Positions 1 to 13,853 of a stretch of DNA of 64,000 nt are shown here, piece by piece. Position 1 is the first letter of the stretch; each line of letters begins with the position of its first letter. The stretch is from Camelus dromedarius. Its lineage: Eukaryota. The notes under the pieces were generated by a model. The model saw only the letters and a program-made list of their open reading frames with translations, did not search any database and had not been told where the DNA came from. The DNA lies in contig NC_087438.1 of NCBI RefSeq assembly GCF_036321535.1, positions 115,320,001 through 115,384,000 on the forward strand, written 5' to 3'. Made by a program: the position numbers and the translations under genes.

Positions 1-780
1 TGTCCTAACAAGGATGTCACCTTCATCTGATGAGATCACCACAGAGGGCCCTCAGAAAAGGCAATTACTGTCAGGGTGAGGGGCAGTCCTCCCCCTGTGG
101 GCCCAGCCTTCTGGGGCTAAACTTGGCTCACAGGGAGTTTCAGACAATCAAAGAGAGGAGGTGACCGGTCCTTTCAGCATCTCCCAATGGAATATTCTTT
201 CTCAGCTCATTCACATTTGATAGACAGGGAACAGTAAGACAGGGAATCAGAGACAGAAGTGGGACTGGATCTAGGACCTGACCTTTTATCTGGCCCTCCT
301 GATACTGGTGACCACCCTCCTAGGACTAAGGATGTCCGTGAATGGCTGTCTCAAAGACATCAGTACCACCATCGAGGAGAACCACAGCCCTGGTAAGAAA
401 ACACTGATTGTGGGGGAGAAGAGAAGGAGGTGGGCGGAGGGCATGCTGCAGTATTCCTGTGGGTGAACCAAGGTCCAAGCCTGGAGCCCACTTGGTTCCA
501 CAGCCCAAAGGGCTCCCAGACCCTGACAAGATCATTAGAGGAGTGAACAGCTCGATGCAAGTCATCCTCACTGGAAAATGAATGTGAAAGGCTCTGGCTG
601 TTGGCCCACAGAAGCAGGCACGTCTTTCCATACAGAAACTCATACCTGCGAAGCACCTCCAGCAATTAAAAAAAGCCTTTTGTTGACTCTGAGGTCTGCC
701 CCTTCAGAGTCACAAAGCTCTTTCTAACAAGACAAGGAGACGGGCGAGCAGAGCGGGCTGGAGGCCAGGGTGGGCAAGAG

Positions 781-824
781 AGCCGGGGTGGGAGCAGCCG
801 GGGTGGGAGCAGCCAGGCTGGGGC
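781..824. repeat. 15-bp tandem repeat AGCCGGGGTGGGAGC x2 plus a degenerate third copy
   Basis: Exact copies at 781-795 and 796-810. Confidence 0.8.
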
Positions 825-3781
825 AGACCCAGGGCAAAGCAGAGCAGGAAGCCAACAAGCACCCGGGACTCTGTTCTAGGCTGTTGGCGCCACGTTCCAT
901 TTGGTCTGCTTCACCAGGGACTCCTGGCATCTGGCTGAAATGGAATGCGAGGAGGATGAGGCCTGAGTCAGTGTGCATCATCCATCAGAGAGCCTGCAGC
1001 CAGCAGGGAGGGTGACCTTCCCGGAGCAGACCAGGTGCACTACCAGGACACCAGGCCATGGAGCCAAAGGCATGGGTGCTCAGGCTAGAGACGCTCCTGC
1101 CCACCTCAGGCAGGCCACTAAAATACTCAACGCCAAAACGGAGTATCACCTTTAAAAACTGTGAACCACTACATTGTACACCTGAAACAACTTAGGTAAT
1201 ATTATAAATCAACTATACCTCAATTAAAAAAACAAACACAAAACTCAAGCCCACAGTCAATCAGCAGGGCCAGGGTGATCCATGACCCGAAGACTCAGAA
1301 ATAAGGTAAAAACAACTGCCCTGCAAAAGCTAAACTGACACTTTGGCAGAAGCCACAAAGTCACCCTGAAGAGTGTGAGGAGGAGGTCAGTGGACGTATC
1401 CACTTACTTGGGGAAAGAATGTGCCCATCACAAAGAGGCCTGAGAAGTCACAGGGGAGGAGAACCAGGCCCCTCCTAGTACTGCCCTCCTCCACTCCTTC
1501 CTGCCCCTGGGACCCTGGAGCTCTCAGAAAACTGAGGACCAGCCTGGAGGCCTCAGAAAGTATGTCCATTTCAAGACACAGACACATTCAGTTGACTTCC
1601 CTGGCAGACAGCACACTCCGTGCAGGTCTGGCTTCCCTCCAGCTTCGACAGGGATCCCACCAGACAACGGGGGGCACAAGCTGCCTGCCTGCCAAGAATC
1701 CCCACTTCCCATGTCATAAAGAGCCTCACCCTAAGGGACCATTTCTGGCCGTTCCAGAAAATACCTGAACAGGGTATCTCCAGCTCAGCGGACTCACCCA
1801 GGCTGCATGTTAGAACCACTTCTCGCCCCACCCAGAAGGAGAATTCACAAGTCTGGCACGGCTCAGGAATGGGTGTTTTTCAAGCCCCAGGGGGGTTCTG
1901 ATGGAGCTGTGGGTAGAGACCCACTGAATGCACTGATCCAAAGTTCTGAAACGCAGTACCAGGATAACACGATCCTGTACACTGTCAACACTAAAAGGGA
2001 CCTCCAGACACACACCTCTATCTTTCTCTCATCCAAAAGAGCCCAAACCCAGAAGGCCCAAATGCCACTGGCCTCCTCCATGAAGGGTGCCCCTCACACA
2101 AGGCTGGCTTTCCCACGCAGCAGGGAGACGCTGAAACCCTGCTGAGAACAGAGCACCGGCCCGGCCCAGCCTCATCAATGAGGGAGGCCTCTGCAAGACT
2201 TTGCCTCCCTACATAACCCACAACACTCCACAATGTGTCTCCCAGTTTAGCAAGAGACTAGGGTCTGCCTGCCCCCCCTGTTCCAGTAACACTGCAAGGT
2301 CACTGACGGCCGGGTGAATCTTTCTCCTGCTCAGCATTCTCTGGCCCTCACAGAGCTCACACCAGACAACTGTCTACGGGGACAGAGATGTTCTGCTTGT
2401 GCACTGCCAACAGCACCTGGGGAAAGGCACTTTTGCTTTTTATTTAATCGTAATTGATTTTATTTAAGTTATCCACACGCGGCTGGTGGCTACTTTATTG
2501 GACAGCGCAGCATGAGGGTGCCTTTTCATCCTACCACCTTTGCCTGTGTGGGCACTGGAAAAATATGCAGGAGCAGGAGAGACTGAGCAAAGAAGTGGGA
2601 GTGGATTCTCCTCTGGAGTGGGGCAAGGAATGCTGCAGGGAAGTGTGTGAAGGGCTTCAGCAAAGCCCTCCTCCCTGACACGCAGGGGTCTCTTTCCCAA
2701 AGCGTGACCTACAAACTTCCACCAAGAGACAGGAAGAGGGAGCTTGTGAAAGAAAAGAATCAGAGCGGGAAGGAGCTGTGCAAATTAGCTAGATCAACCA
2801 TTCACTTTACAGATAAAGAAACTGAGGCTCGGAAAGGTTATGTAACTTGCACGAAAATCACACATCATTGGACTAGAGGTTCCTTGAATCTCAGCCCAAG
2901 GCTTTTTTCACTACAACTTGTTTCCTTGATGCACAAAGAATCTACAGAACCAGCAGGAGAAACTGAGCTGTTTTCAATGTAATGCCCATGAAACACAGCA
3001 GAAATAAATTACTGACTCATGCCAGCAAATAGTTCACCACTGCTCCACTGTAAACATGGACACAGCTTCCCCACACACATCCTGGGAACCCCAACCATGA
3101 GAGGGCAGGAAGGATGCTAGAACCAGCTTTGATTTCTTCTTGACTCACTGAAGTACTCTAATAAAGGTCTGTTGACAGAGAAGCCTGGGAGTGTGAGCCC
3201 TGGGACACTCCTCCTCACTTACAGAGACGTGAGCCACCTCCACGTCAGAATCCTGGAGATGCTACCATACCAAATGGCAGGCTCAGGCCCCAAATACACA
3301 GGACAATCCTGACCTTCACCTGCCGAAGCAGCTTCTCCAGGGAGCCCTTCTCTGTCGCCGCCCGGAAACTGCAATCCAGCTCAGCTGGCCATGTTATCTA
3401 CTCCACATGGTGCCTGTCCTCATCCACTGCTCCCAGGTCTCCTTCACAAAGTTCTGCCCCTCTACCAACTAGCCAATTAATGCTCCAAGACAATAAATCA
3501 GCTCTTTCATTCATCTGATAGACCCAGCATCCTCAGAACCAGAAATCTGTATTATGAAGGACTGACCACAGCTCATACATGTCTCTGAACACATAGATTT
3601 CCTCAGAGGCCTAAGCCTGATGTCACCTTTATGAGACATGAAAAGTCTCACCTTTCACAAATGTGAATGTCCCTGGGAGGCACTGATGAGGTGAAAGAAG
3701 GGAAAAGATTCAAAACTGCCTTCTGATCTCAAAGTCATCTCACATCCCACTCACGCTGCATCTCCAAGCCAACAGCCCCTT

Positions 3782-3975
3782 TGCGTTTTTTTTTTAATGT
3801 TTTTATTTAAGTATAGTCAATTTACAATGTGTCAATTTCTGGTGTACAGCACAATACCTCAGTCATGTAAAAATATACATATATTTGTTTTCATATTCTT
3901 TTTAGCCATAAGTTATTACACGATATTAATTATAGTTCCCTGTGCTATACAGTAGAAACTTGTTATGTATCTCCC
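3782..3975 (-). mobile_element. Short L1 3'-end fragment
   Basis: T-tract followed by TTTAAGTATAGTCAATTTACAATGTGTCAATTTCTGGTGTACAGC. Related fragments occur at ~10060-10120, ~19790-19870 and ~62010-62140. Confidence 0.75.
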
Positions 3976-4309
3976 TTTGTTTACTCGGAAAAGAAACAAC
4001 AGTTCGACTGTCTCCTGACCTAAAGTGTGCTTCCTGCATCTGCTGCCAATTTGTCTCTTCACTTCATCAGGGAAGCCTTCAGCAACATGCCCCAGGCACT
4101 CAGGCCCGGCCTTTCTCTGTACTCCCACTGCACACAACTCTTGTGGTGCTAGTCACACTATGTTGCAATGATTTGTTGACAAACTTGTTTTCCATTCCTG
4201 CCTAAGTGCACTGGGAAAAGAGTTAAGTCCAACCCCTCATTTATCGGACAGCTCTTCAGAAATGCTGGGATCTAAGCTCCCTATGTCTCCCCTAGCTCAG
4301 TCTTCTCAC

Positions 4310-4492
4310 CTGTATTCTAGGATCCAGCTCTTCTTCTTCTCTTGGGGACAATTTGGCTTCACTGCTGTTGCTTCCGCCTCCTCCGGGCTCCTCTGCGACA
4401 GGGCTCCGAGGGACTTCATCCTCTACAACTTCCGGCCGAAGCTCCCCCTGTGGGGTCTCCCGCCCCCCTGGAACCTGCCTGAGTTCAGCCAT
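4310..4492 (-). CDS. SH3BP5L: SH3BP5L first coding exon (61 codons, MAELRQVPGG...ELDPRIQ); remaining exons lie left of the window
   Basis: Translation nearly identical to the remembered human SH3BP5L N-terminus. ATG at 4492, donor CAG|GTGAGA at 4310/4309. The exon probably extends 5' as UTR to the acceptor TTTCCCCTGTAG at 4919-4920. Confidence 0.95.
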
Positions 4493-5339
4493 GCTGACAG
4501 GGAGAGGGCAGAGCCCTATGCATAAGAGAGGATTGACATGCTGGGACCAGGGCCCCAGCTTGGGGCTTACTGGGTTCTGGGTGGACAGAAGGGTTTCTCT
4601 TCTCAAAGGGCAGATAGAGAGGGCACAGGAGGGATTTCACACTCGGTTAGAGACCAAGATTCAAGTTGTCGGTGGGGTCCCTAGAGCTACAGCCTTGTAT
4701 GTGCAAAAGTTCTTCCCTCCCCGTCCCAAGGAGTCCACTAGGAAAGACCCGGAGCAACAGCTCCGAGGCAGGGGGCAAAGGGGGCCTGGATCCTGGGCCG
4801 AGGCCTGTGAGAAGGAGCACCATTCGGGAGGGCGGAGGCAGGCGCCTCCAGGCTGTGGTGGCAACTGGAGAGAGACGGCTGGGCCTGAGCAGAGGCTGCG
4901 GGATGCGTCTCTGGGGAGCTACAGGGGAAACAAAGGCCCAGTCCATAGTCAGCACTAGAACGTCGGCCACCAGCTCCTTTCAATCCCTTAACCTCCCAAG
5001 GACTCCACTCTCTTCCCGGCACACCCCCACGTTCAGACCAACCCCTGAACTTTCCCGCGTTCCAGGATCTCTCGCCCCAGCCCCTCCCCCACTAGCACCT
5101 CCCAGACTTCCCTCCGTGCTCTCATCCTCCCCACTATCCCCTGGCTTCTCTTCTGCCCGCTCCATTCCACTCCCCCCTCCCCCGGCTTTGCAAATCACCT
5201 TGTAACCCCCAGCCCCACCCCATCTCCTCTTCTCTCTCCAACCCTGCGGACAATCCGAGCCTCCCGTTTCCAGCCCCACTCTTCCGCAATCCCGAGGACC
5301 CTGGCCCCAGACCTCCTACACAGCCGGGCGCAAACCCAC

Positions 5340-6130
5340 ACACCCCCCGCGAACCCTTTCCAGTTTTACCTCAGTTTACCTTCCCGTGCGCCGAGCTTCT
5401 CCACTGCAAACAATCTTCCCCCGCCCTCCCCGCAACAAGCCGGTCCAACCAAATACGATGTGGCCGATAGGAAGCGGAAATACATAATCTGGTAGCAACG
5501 CCCCCCCCCGCCCCGCCCTCGCGCCCCTCCCTCGCACGCTCCCCTGCTAACCCGGCCACATCTGGATCCCCAACACTCGTCCCGCCCAGCCTTCGGTTTC
5601 CGTACAAAATGGTGCCTCACGGCGCGCAGGTTCGCCGTATGTCGCCTCCAGCCCATCCTCCACCAGGGCAAAATGAACTTGAAATGTGGGCGTGTGTGCT
5701 GAGAACAAACTAGGGCAGGGGATGGAAGTCGAGAGTCCCTGGTGGGCAGGGAAGTGCTAGAAGTAAAACGCAGAGCGGACAATCACCTCAGAGAGAGCGC
5801 TGCCATCTTGCTTTACGGCCCCCAAAGCCACTTCCGGCCCCGCCCAGGAAGTGGGAGGTGGGCGTGTGGACTTCCGGCGGCTGTGCTCCTGGAGGTCCGA
5901 GTCGGCACCTGAGGTCTCCGCTGCTGGGACGTGGGGTGCTCGTCCGCACGCAGTTGTAGTATGCGGTACGCTCAGTTAGTAACGGTGTCTAAAGGGCAAC
6001 TTTGATAGGTAAATGCTTCTGCTCGAGGCCTCCTGCCGCCGCCAACACGACGGCGACGGCCCCTCAGCGAGCCAGGCCGTTTCCCACTGAACGTCGTTGC
6101 AGTGCGGTCACTGACTCCCCCATGAGCAGT
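5340..6130 (-). promoter_or_regulatory. SH3BP5L: CpG-island promoter and non-coding first exon(s) of SH3BP5L
   Basis: CpG-rich. ETS-type CCGGAAG motifs (~5830, ~5870), GC boxes, YY1-like AAGATGGCAGC on the minus strand (~5798-5808), RFX-like GGTAGCAAC (~5491). Candidate donors at 5786, 5379 and 5369. Confidence 0.7.
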
Positions 6131-7221
6131 CGTTAGAAACTTAATTAATCTGAATTCAGGGTTCTTGTGCGCTCAGTGCTCAACAGCCCGCGAGGAGGAG
6201 GAGTTGTTACATGGTATTGTGCGTCAGTGAAAAAACCTGACCTGAAATCACCACTTCTAGGTGTCGCCAGGAGACGCTTAAGGGAAAGGCTTCAGGATGG
6301 ATGTTTTATTTTTGCCAAAAAGATCTAACCTCCTGTGAGCCTGCTCAAGATTTTCCCTGGGGTGAAGAAGGCAAATGGACTGGATTTTCCTTCTTTCCTT
6401 TGGATCCTGTCCTTCCAGCCCCTCGTCCCATGAATAACCACATTAAAAAAAAAAATTTTTTTAAGTAGAGCCAGTACATTCTTTTTTTTCAATACATTCT
6501 TTAAAAAGTGATTTAAAAGAAGTTTTCTCACAAAATTGAAAATTTTATTTTTAAAATTCCAGAAGTGACTTTTCTCACTTCAGTGAATCAGCGAGACCCT
6601 GAGTAACAGTTATAAGTGGACAGATCTGATGGATAATAATGCCTCAGTCTTATATCACATTCCATTTTGCTATTAAGTTTCCATATAAAAGCCATGAAAA
6701 TTACATTGGAAATTGGAAGCTGTTTATTTGTTCTTTTCTTTTGTAAAACTGAATTTTACTGTAATGTATTTCATTTTACCCATCATCTTCTGTGTACCCT
6801 AGCCTGAATTTTCTGAACCTTTCCTATTCAGCACTACTACAGTATCTACTGTCCTTATACCTTGTCCCACATCATCTTTTCCTCTATGTATTCATTCCTT
6901 AGCCTTCATGAACTTCATTTTGTCACATATCTCTTGCATTTGGTGAGAAAACATCTCGAATACATATAATGCCCAGACAGCCCTTAGATCACATCCCGGG
7001 GTTCAGTAGCCTCCGTGATGACTCCACTGGCCTCTGCCAGGGTTAACTCTCACTCGCTCAGGCCAAATGTGATCTCATCTTGTATAGATTGTAATACAAC
7101 CCCCAGCAGTTTTTTTGCTGGGTTTGGATAATGTTTCAGGCAGGAAGAGGTTGGGGAGCACTGTGCGCTGACCTGTTTTATTGAGGCCAGAATAGGCACG
7201 ATGAGTTAAAAATTTTCTGTA

Positions 7222-7385
7222 GAGCAGCACTGTCCAATAGATCTACCTGCAGTGATGGAAATGTTCTGTATGAGCTCTGTGCGGCATGGTAGCCACTAGC
7301 CATATGTAGCCATTGGGCACTTGAAATGAACCTAGTATTATTAAGGAATTGCATTTTTACTTAAATAGCCACGTGTGGCCGGTGA
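7222..7385. mobile_element. MER3-like hAT-Charlie MITE; second copy at ~8470-8650
   Basis: CAGCACTGTCCAATAG...GATGGAAATGTTCT...GGTAGCCACTAGCCATATGT...CACTTGAAATG...AAATAGCCACGTGTGGC. Confidence 0.8.
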
Positions 7386-9429
7386 TTTCATTATTGGGCA
7401 AGGCATTTCCCATCTAATCTCTTTCAGGCACATACTGAACTTTCGCATCTTTAATACAAAACAAAACAAGTGTCTCTCAATTTCCACCTTCATTGGTCTC
7501 ATCTTCACTTCCTCGCCTCCCATTTACTTCTGTAGTCTGGCTTCTGCTCATGCCAATCCACAGAAATTGCAGGGAGAAGCTCTGAATATCACCAGATCAC
7601 TGATACCTGACACTGGGTTGTCTCTTCTCTTTTACCTTTCTTTAGTTTCTGAATCACACTTGTGGGTTTCCTCTTATTTCTCTGACCTGTTGGTTAATTC
7701 CTTCATGCAGTGTTCTCACCTGGGTGAAGGCAGTGTGCCAGGAGTTTGCATGTAGCTTATAGTCTGTGGTGCTCATTTTATAAATCAGTGATACTCAAAC
7801 TAATCAGGCTGCAACCCAGAAACGAGTTTCACCTTGCAACCCAGTATACATACAGGTTTGTAAATATATTCGTAACAAAAAGTCTCAGGGAAAAAATCTT
7901 AATATTCAAAGCATGTTAATATTTGCTGCACTATTTTTTAATGCTGATGGAGACCTATTCTGTTGATTTCATGAGCGATTCACAGTTTAAAAACCCTGCC
8001 CTACATGTCAGTGCTTCCCAGACTCTGATGCGAGTCCCTGACCTTCTCATGCTGTCTAGTTTCTCTGAAAGCCATCACCTCAGTGCATGGCTCTGGCTCC
8101 TACCCAGGGCTCCTTCCTTGGAACTCTGTCTCCATCCAGATTCCCCACAGGTCACATTTTGAGATCCAGCAGCTTCTCAGACCACTGGCCAGTCCGAGGG
8201 TTGCCTCTTGTAGGGTACAAATCTGATTTCACTCCTTTTCTCAAATCCTGCTGCTTCTACTATATTTATTTTTTTGGTGAATGGTTCTAATCATCCACCC
8301 ATCTACCCTAGGGAGAAACCTAGAAGACATTCTAAATGAATCCCCTGTCTTCACTGTGCATGACGTTAAGTATCTCAGAGAGCTCACTCTTCTCCATTTC
8401 ACTGCCATTGCTTCAGCATAGACCCTCACCTCCACATAGATAATATACCTCAAGAGGCTCCTAAATTAGCTCTGTAGAGTAGAACGTTGAGTGATGATGG
8501 AAATTTCTACATCCATTCTGTTCAATATGGCAGCCATGTGTGGGGTGCTTGGGAACTTAAAATGTGGCTAGTGCAACTTAGGAGCTAAAGTTTTAATTTA
8601 AGTTTAGATAGCCATATGTGGCTACTGATTAATGTATTGGACAGCACAAGTCTAATAATCTCTCCACCACAAGTGTACCCGCTTCTAGTCCCTGAAACAA
8701 ATAACCAACTAACCCCTGTTGACTAAACTAGTGAATGACATGAAAATACGAAAGCCACGTAAAGAGGTTAGTAACACTATCAGTTACTAGGTCATGTCTC
8801 AGTGAAATAAAGTTTTCTCATAAATTCTTACTGGTAACTTAATCTCTTCACAGAAATAGTGTAAATTACCTTCATGTTTAAAAACTTTTTTTTAGTTTGT
8901 TTTTTCCTACCAACAGAAACTACTTTTTTATGTTCTTCGATTTTTACCCCCCCACCATCAATCAAATATGTAATAAATACTACCATCAGTTGCTAATTAA
9001 ACACATTAGTTGACTAATGTATAGTGATAGCAGATTCAGTGGATGCCTAGGAGAGAGGTGGGAGGGATTACAAAGTGGCACACATAAACTTGTGGGCAGT
9101 TGGTATGTTCTCTGTCTTGATTGTAGTGAAGATTTGATTTGTGTACACATGTCAGAAGTTTTCAAACTGTACATTTCAATATGTGAGACTTGGTATGTCA
9201 ATCATACCTCAGTAAAGCTGTTTTTTAAAAAGTCTGGTTGAATACTTGCTCCCAGAAATATATCATGTAACTTACTAATAAAGGTTAATGAAAGGGACAG
9301 CCTATAATTGTCAAATCTCTGAATTATTTCTTCCCTTGTTAAATCAACTGAGTTTTTCAGTCCAGAAGTAAGTTTTTCCCCCTTACTTGCTGATCTCATT
9401 TGATAATAAAACAGTTGTGTTTATCTCGT

Positions 9430-9620
9430 ACCAGGCACTGTTCTGCATGGTTTATATCTATCCATTTGATCCTCATCACAACCAGCTGAGGTATATTGTA
9501 CCTCCATTTTACAATCGAGGGGACACGAGGTTAAATAACTTATCTAAGGTCATACTCCTGGCGCTGCGGTCGTAGTGGTGCCAGTCTTTGAACTCAGACA
9601 GTCCTGGTCCTTAGGCACAA
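9430..9620 (-). mobile_element. MIR; further MIR fragments at ~2795-2900, ~17190-17270 and ~29690-29830
   Basis: MIR core motifs such as CATTTTACA...GAGG...TAAATAACTT..CTAAGGTCA, and TTTACAGATAAAGAAACTGAGGCTC at 2805. Confidence 0.7.
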
Positions 9621-10455
9621 TAATAGACTGCCTCAATTAAGCTTCATGAGGAAAAGTATTTAGGATTATGTAAAATCTTTTCAACAGCACATTATATGTT
9701 AATTTAAATATATCTGCTTAGAATTTAAATACCCTAATCTGTGAAAATAACCCAAAATTTCAAAATATTTTCTCAAGATGCTACAAGTTAGCATGTGACA
9801 CTAGTAATATCTGTATTATTGCTCTTATTTAGCCTTTAAAGTAGCTTCAGTCATAAAAACTGATTTTATCCCTACCTTGTATTTTACTTGGAAACTCATT
9901 TTCCCTGAAAGTTCTGCTTCATAATCTCATTTTCTATATCTTAGTTTGTTTTTTGATAAGATAAAAATCTTATTAAAAACTATGACAGTGCAAAGTTATA
10001 TTAAAATGAAGAATTTAAATTTTTGTCATTGCCTTTTGAACACGTTATTTTATTTTTTTGTTATTTTACTTTATTTTATTGAGTTATAGTCAGTTTACAA
10101 TGTTGTGTCAATTTCCAGTGTTCATTTTCTATATCTTATTTTGTGAACCACTGATTCCTAGATGTGAATTTTGAACATGACTTTGATCTAACATAACTTT
10201 TTAAAAAAAATGTTGTATTAGGACTAAGAAATGTCATCATTAAGGACTAGGACATCATTAAAGACTAAGAAAAAAAAGTTTGTATTTTAAAGAAAGTTGA
10301 TGTTTAAAATCCTCTCAACAAATATTCTGTTTTTATGCTATACTGTACCAAGTTTATCCAGTTTACCTGTATCTAGTTTAGTATAGCTCTTCACAGTTGA
10401 CATCTGTGAAGTTATTTGGGAAAACACTAGAATCTACCATGTTCTAGAGGCCAAG

Positions 10456-11695
10456 GTTTTTTTTTTAACTGAAGTATAGTCTAGTTACAATGTTGTGTTA
10501 ATTTCTGGTGTACAGCATAGTGATTCGTTTATACATATATATTCCTTTTGGGTTTTTTTTATTATAGGCCACTACAAGGTATTGCATATAGTTCCCTGTG
10601 CTGTACAGTAGGACCTTGTTGTTTATCTATTTTATACATAGTGGTGTGTATCTGCAAGTCCCAAACTCCCAATTTATCCCTCCTCACCCCCTCTCCTCCC
10701 GATAATCATAAGTTCGTTTTCTATGTCTATGAGTCTGTCTCTGTTTTGTAAATAAGTTCATTTGTGTCCCTCCTTTTTTTTAAGATTCCACATATAAGTG
10801 ATATTATGGTATTTTTCTTTCTCTTTCTGGCTTAATTCACTTAGTATGACCATCTCCAGGTCCATCCATGTTGCTGCAAATGGCATTATTTTATTCTTTT
10901 TTATGGTTGAGTAGTACTCCATCGCACTCACGCATGTATTTATACATGTATGTATACCACATCTTCTTTATCCAGTCATCTATTGATAGACATTTAGGTT
11001 GCTTCCATGTCTTGGCTATTGTAAATAGTGCTGCTATGAACATTTGGGTGCATGTGTCTTTTCAAATTAGAGTTTCNNNNNNNNNNNNNNNNNNNNNNNN
11101 NNNNNNNNNNNNNNNNNNNNNNNNNNNNNNNNNNNNNNNNNNNNNNNNNNNNNNNNNNNNNNNNNNNNNNNNNNNNNNNNNNNNNNNNNNNNNNNNNNNN
11201 NNNNNNNNNNNNNNNNNNNNNNNNNNNNNNNNGCANNNNNNNNNNNNNNNNNNNNNNNNNNNNNNNNNNNNNNNNNNNNNNNNNNNNNNNNNNNNNNNNN
11301 NNNNNNNNNNNNNNNNNNNNNNNNNNNNNNNNNNNNNNNNNNNNNNNNNNNNNNNNNNNNNNNNNNNNNNNNNNNCACTGGAGAAATGTTTATTTAGGTC
11401 TTCTGCCCATTTTGGGGTTGAGTTGTTTTGTTTTGTTTTGTTTTTTGTCATTGAGTTGTATGAGCTGTTTGTATATTCTGGAAATTAAGTCCTTGTCAGT
11501 TGCATTGTTTGCAGATATTTTCTCCCATCCATAGGTTGTCTTTTCCTTTTATTTATGGTTTCCTTTGCTGTGCAAAAGCTTATAAGTTTAATTAGGTCCC
11601 ATTTGTTTATTTTTGCTTTTATTTCTGTTGCCTCAGCAGACTGCCCTAGGAGGACATTACTGTGATTTATATCAGAGAATGTTTTGCCTGTGTTT
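10456..11695 (-). mobile_element. 5'-truncated L1 (3' UTR plus ORF2 C-terminal remnant), interrupted by an N run
   Basis: Minus-strand peptides KWAEDLNKHFS and DINHSNVLLGQ...EIKAKINKWDLIKLISFCTAKETINK are typical of L1 ORF2. T-rich tail at the left end. Confidence 0.9.
11077..11375. other. N run (with a 3-base island at 11233-11235); other N runs at 38973-39131, 40704-40843 and 53740-53867
   Basis: Directly visible. At least three of the four fall inside recognisable repeats. Confidence 0.99.
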
Positions 11696-13853
11696 AAGAG
11701 GCCAATGTTTTTGTTGAATATGGGACTGCAATTGGAATGCTTGAATGAAAACATTGTATATAGTAAGAAAGGAACAAATGAAACAGTATCCTCTGTCTGT
11801 ATATCCCTAGTAACCCAGCAAGCCTTCCAAATCTGATTTTAGACATTTTGAATACCACTTGGGCTCACATTTCCAGCAAGAGGTTTGAAATAGCGCTCTG
11901 AATCATTAGCTTTTTCAGTTGCCTCTCAACTGCCGTGTAAATCGCGTCCTATGTGCTTGCTTCATGTGCCCATAACCCAGGATTCTTTACTTTTACATCC
12001 CTCCATTCTGTCCTTATCCCTCTTTTTGAACCACAGACAGTGCCCTCCAGCCCACCTCAACAGACTGATGCTGCCATGATGTTATCTGACTCATTCCAGC
12101 ATTGGGCACAGGCCACTACTTTCTCAGACGGTACCAGTGCCTGACCCCATCCTGACCCTCTTCCTCCCCCATGAAGCCTTTCCTGGTTGCCCATTCTGCA
12201 GCTGCCTCCTTTTGGAGATTGGTTTTCTAGGGTTCCACTCTCAGCCCCCTTCACATCCACCTGCAGCCTCTCTGGGAAATGCCATCCACTCTCACAGCTT
12301 TTTCACCTCTAACTGCCTAGTGTTTACAAACCCACATGCACCATGCCTCCTCCCCTGCCCACTGAGGGAAACCCAAACTCTTGATTGTGGCATAGATGCC
12401 TCTAACCACACTATAAGGGCACACGATGTCTTACTCATCTTTAAATTCACATTATCCAGCCAGGTGCAGACTCAGTGGGCCCTTGGTAAAGGCTTGTGGA
12501 AAGGAGACATTCCTCTAACTAACCAAATTTCTTTGAGTTTCCTTTCTACCCCCTCTTCTTCCTAGAACTCTTGCCCTGCCCTACTCAGGATTCTGACCCT
12601 TATCTACTCATACTGTGTAGTCGGTCTAGAGCAAGAGAATGTCCACTCCTTTCTTGTTCATTCAATCCATCTGCCTCAATCCAGTGCCTACACTGGCAGA
12701 AAGGTCCCAAGAGGTGGAAAATTATTATCACCATCATCCACAAACCCTGATACAAAAATCTTGCCTGCATGTTGAATCTATGACGTTTGCAGATGACCTA
12801 CGTAAGAATTACCCTTTTCTTCCTGTTCTATATTTGTATCACTTTATACGTGGCCCGTGGTGGGATGGCCAAGAGTCTGTGGAGGTCTGCCCTCCCACAG
12901 TGTGTTCTCAAAGAACTCAGTCTCTGTTTTGTGTCCAACCCTCAGCTCACTCCCTAGGCCGTAAGCAGGGATTCAGAAATGTACACTCAGTAAGACTGTG
13001 CCCTCAAGCTTACAATTTGGTAGGGGAGGTAAGATACATGATTCTGAAGTATGTGGCAAAGGATGGTAAATACAGGGACAGTGTCTTATGTCCCTTTGTG
13101 GCCTGAAAGGACAACAGATTTTCAATAGATAGAGAATTTATGGATGGACAGTTTTTGCAGTTGGGAAGGAGATACGGCTTTAATTTTGAGGTGGGTTAAC
13201 ATTGGAATAGAGCCATGAAGGATAAGCAGTATTTTTACAGACAAGGAGAGGCAAAGGAGTGAGAGGAGTGTATTCCAGGCTTAGAGAAATGTAGAAGGTG
13301 GGTGGGTAGTCATCCAGTTTACTAGAGGGTTGGAGAGGACCGACTGCAAAGGTGGGTTGGAACAGGTGGAAGATGGCCTTCGTGTCACACCAGGAGAGTA
13401 AACTTCATTTTGTAGTTAATCCAAACCTTCAGCAGTTTTTTGAGTGGGAGTATGACACACACACACAGCTTATTTTAGGGAAACTGATGTCACAGTTCAC
13501 AGCTGGATCCCCCAGTGCCCAGACTACTGCCTGGCACACAGTAGGCCCTCCATAAATGCCTTGAATATTTATGGGACCACACTGAGAGCTGTCATTTATT
13601 GATGTAGATTTGTAGGGAAGGACAACCATTTGGATCCAGTATTTTTAAGTTGACAAAAATGCCCGTAACTTCCTTAACTTTCTTTCTCTCACTACATTTG
13701 TGATTACTGTTCCAACTATCATTCTTCTCTGTGATGACTCCCATTAGAAACAAAAATCCACCTTCCTGTATGTCCTCTTCACTGTTTGAGTTCTTCCCTC
13801 CATAGCTACACAAAATAAAGTTGTCTGATCCAGCCATTGTTCACACGACAGTG

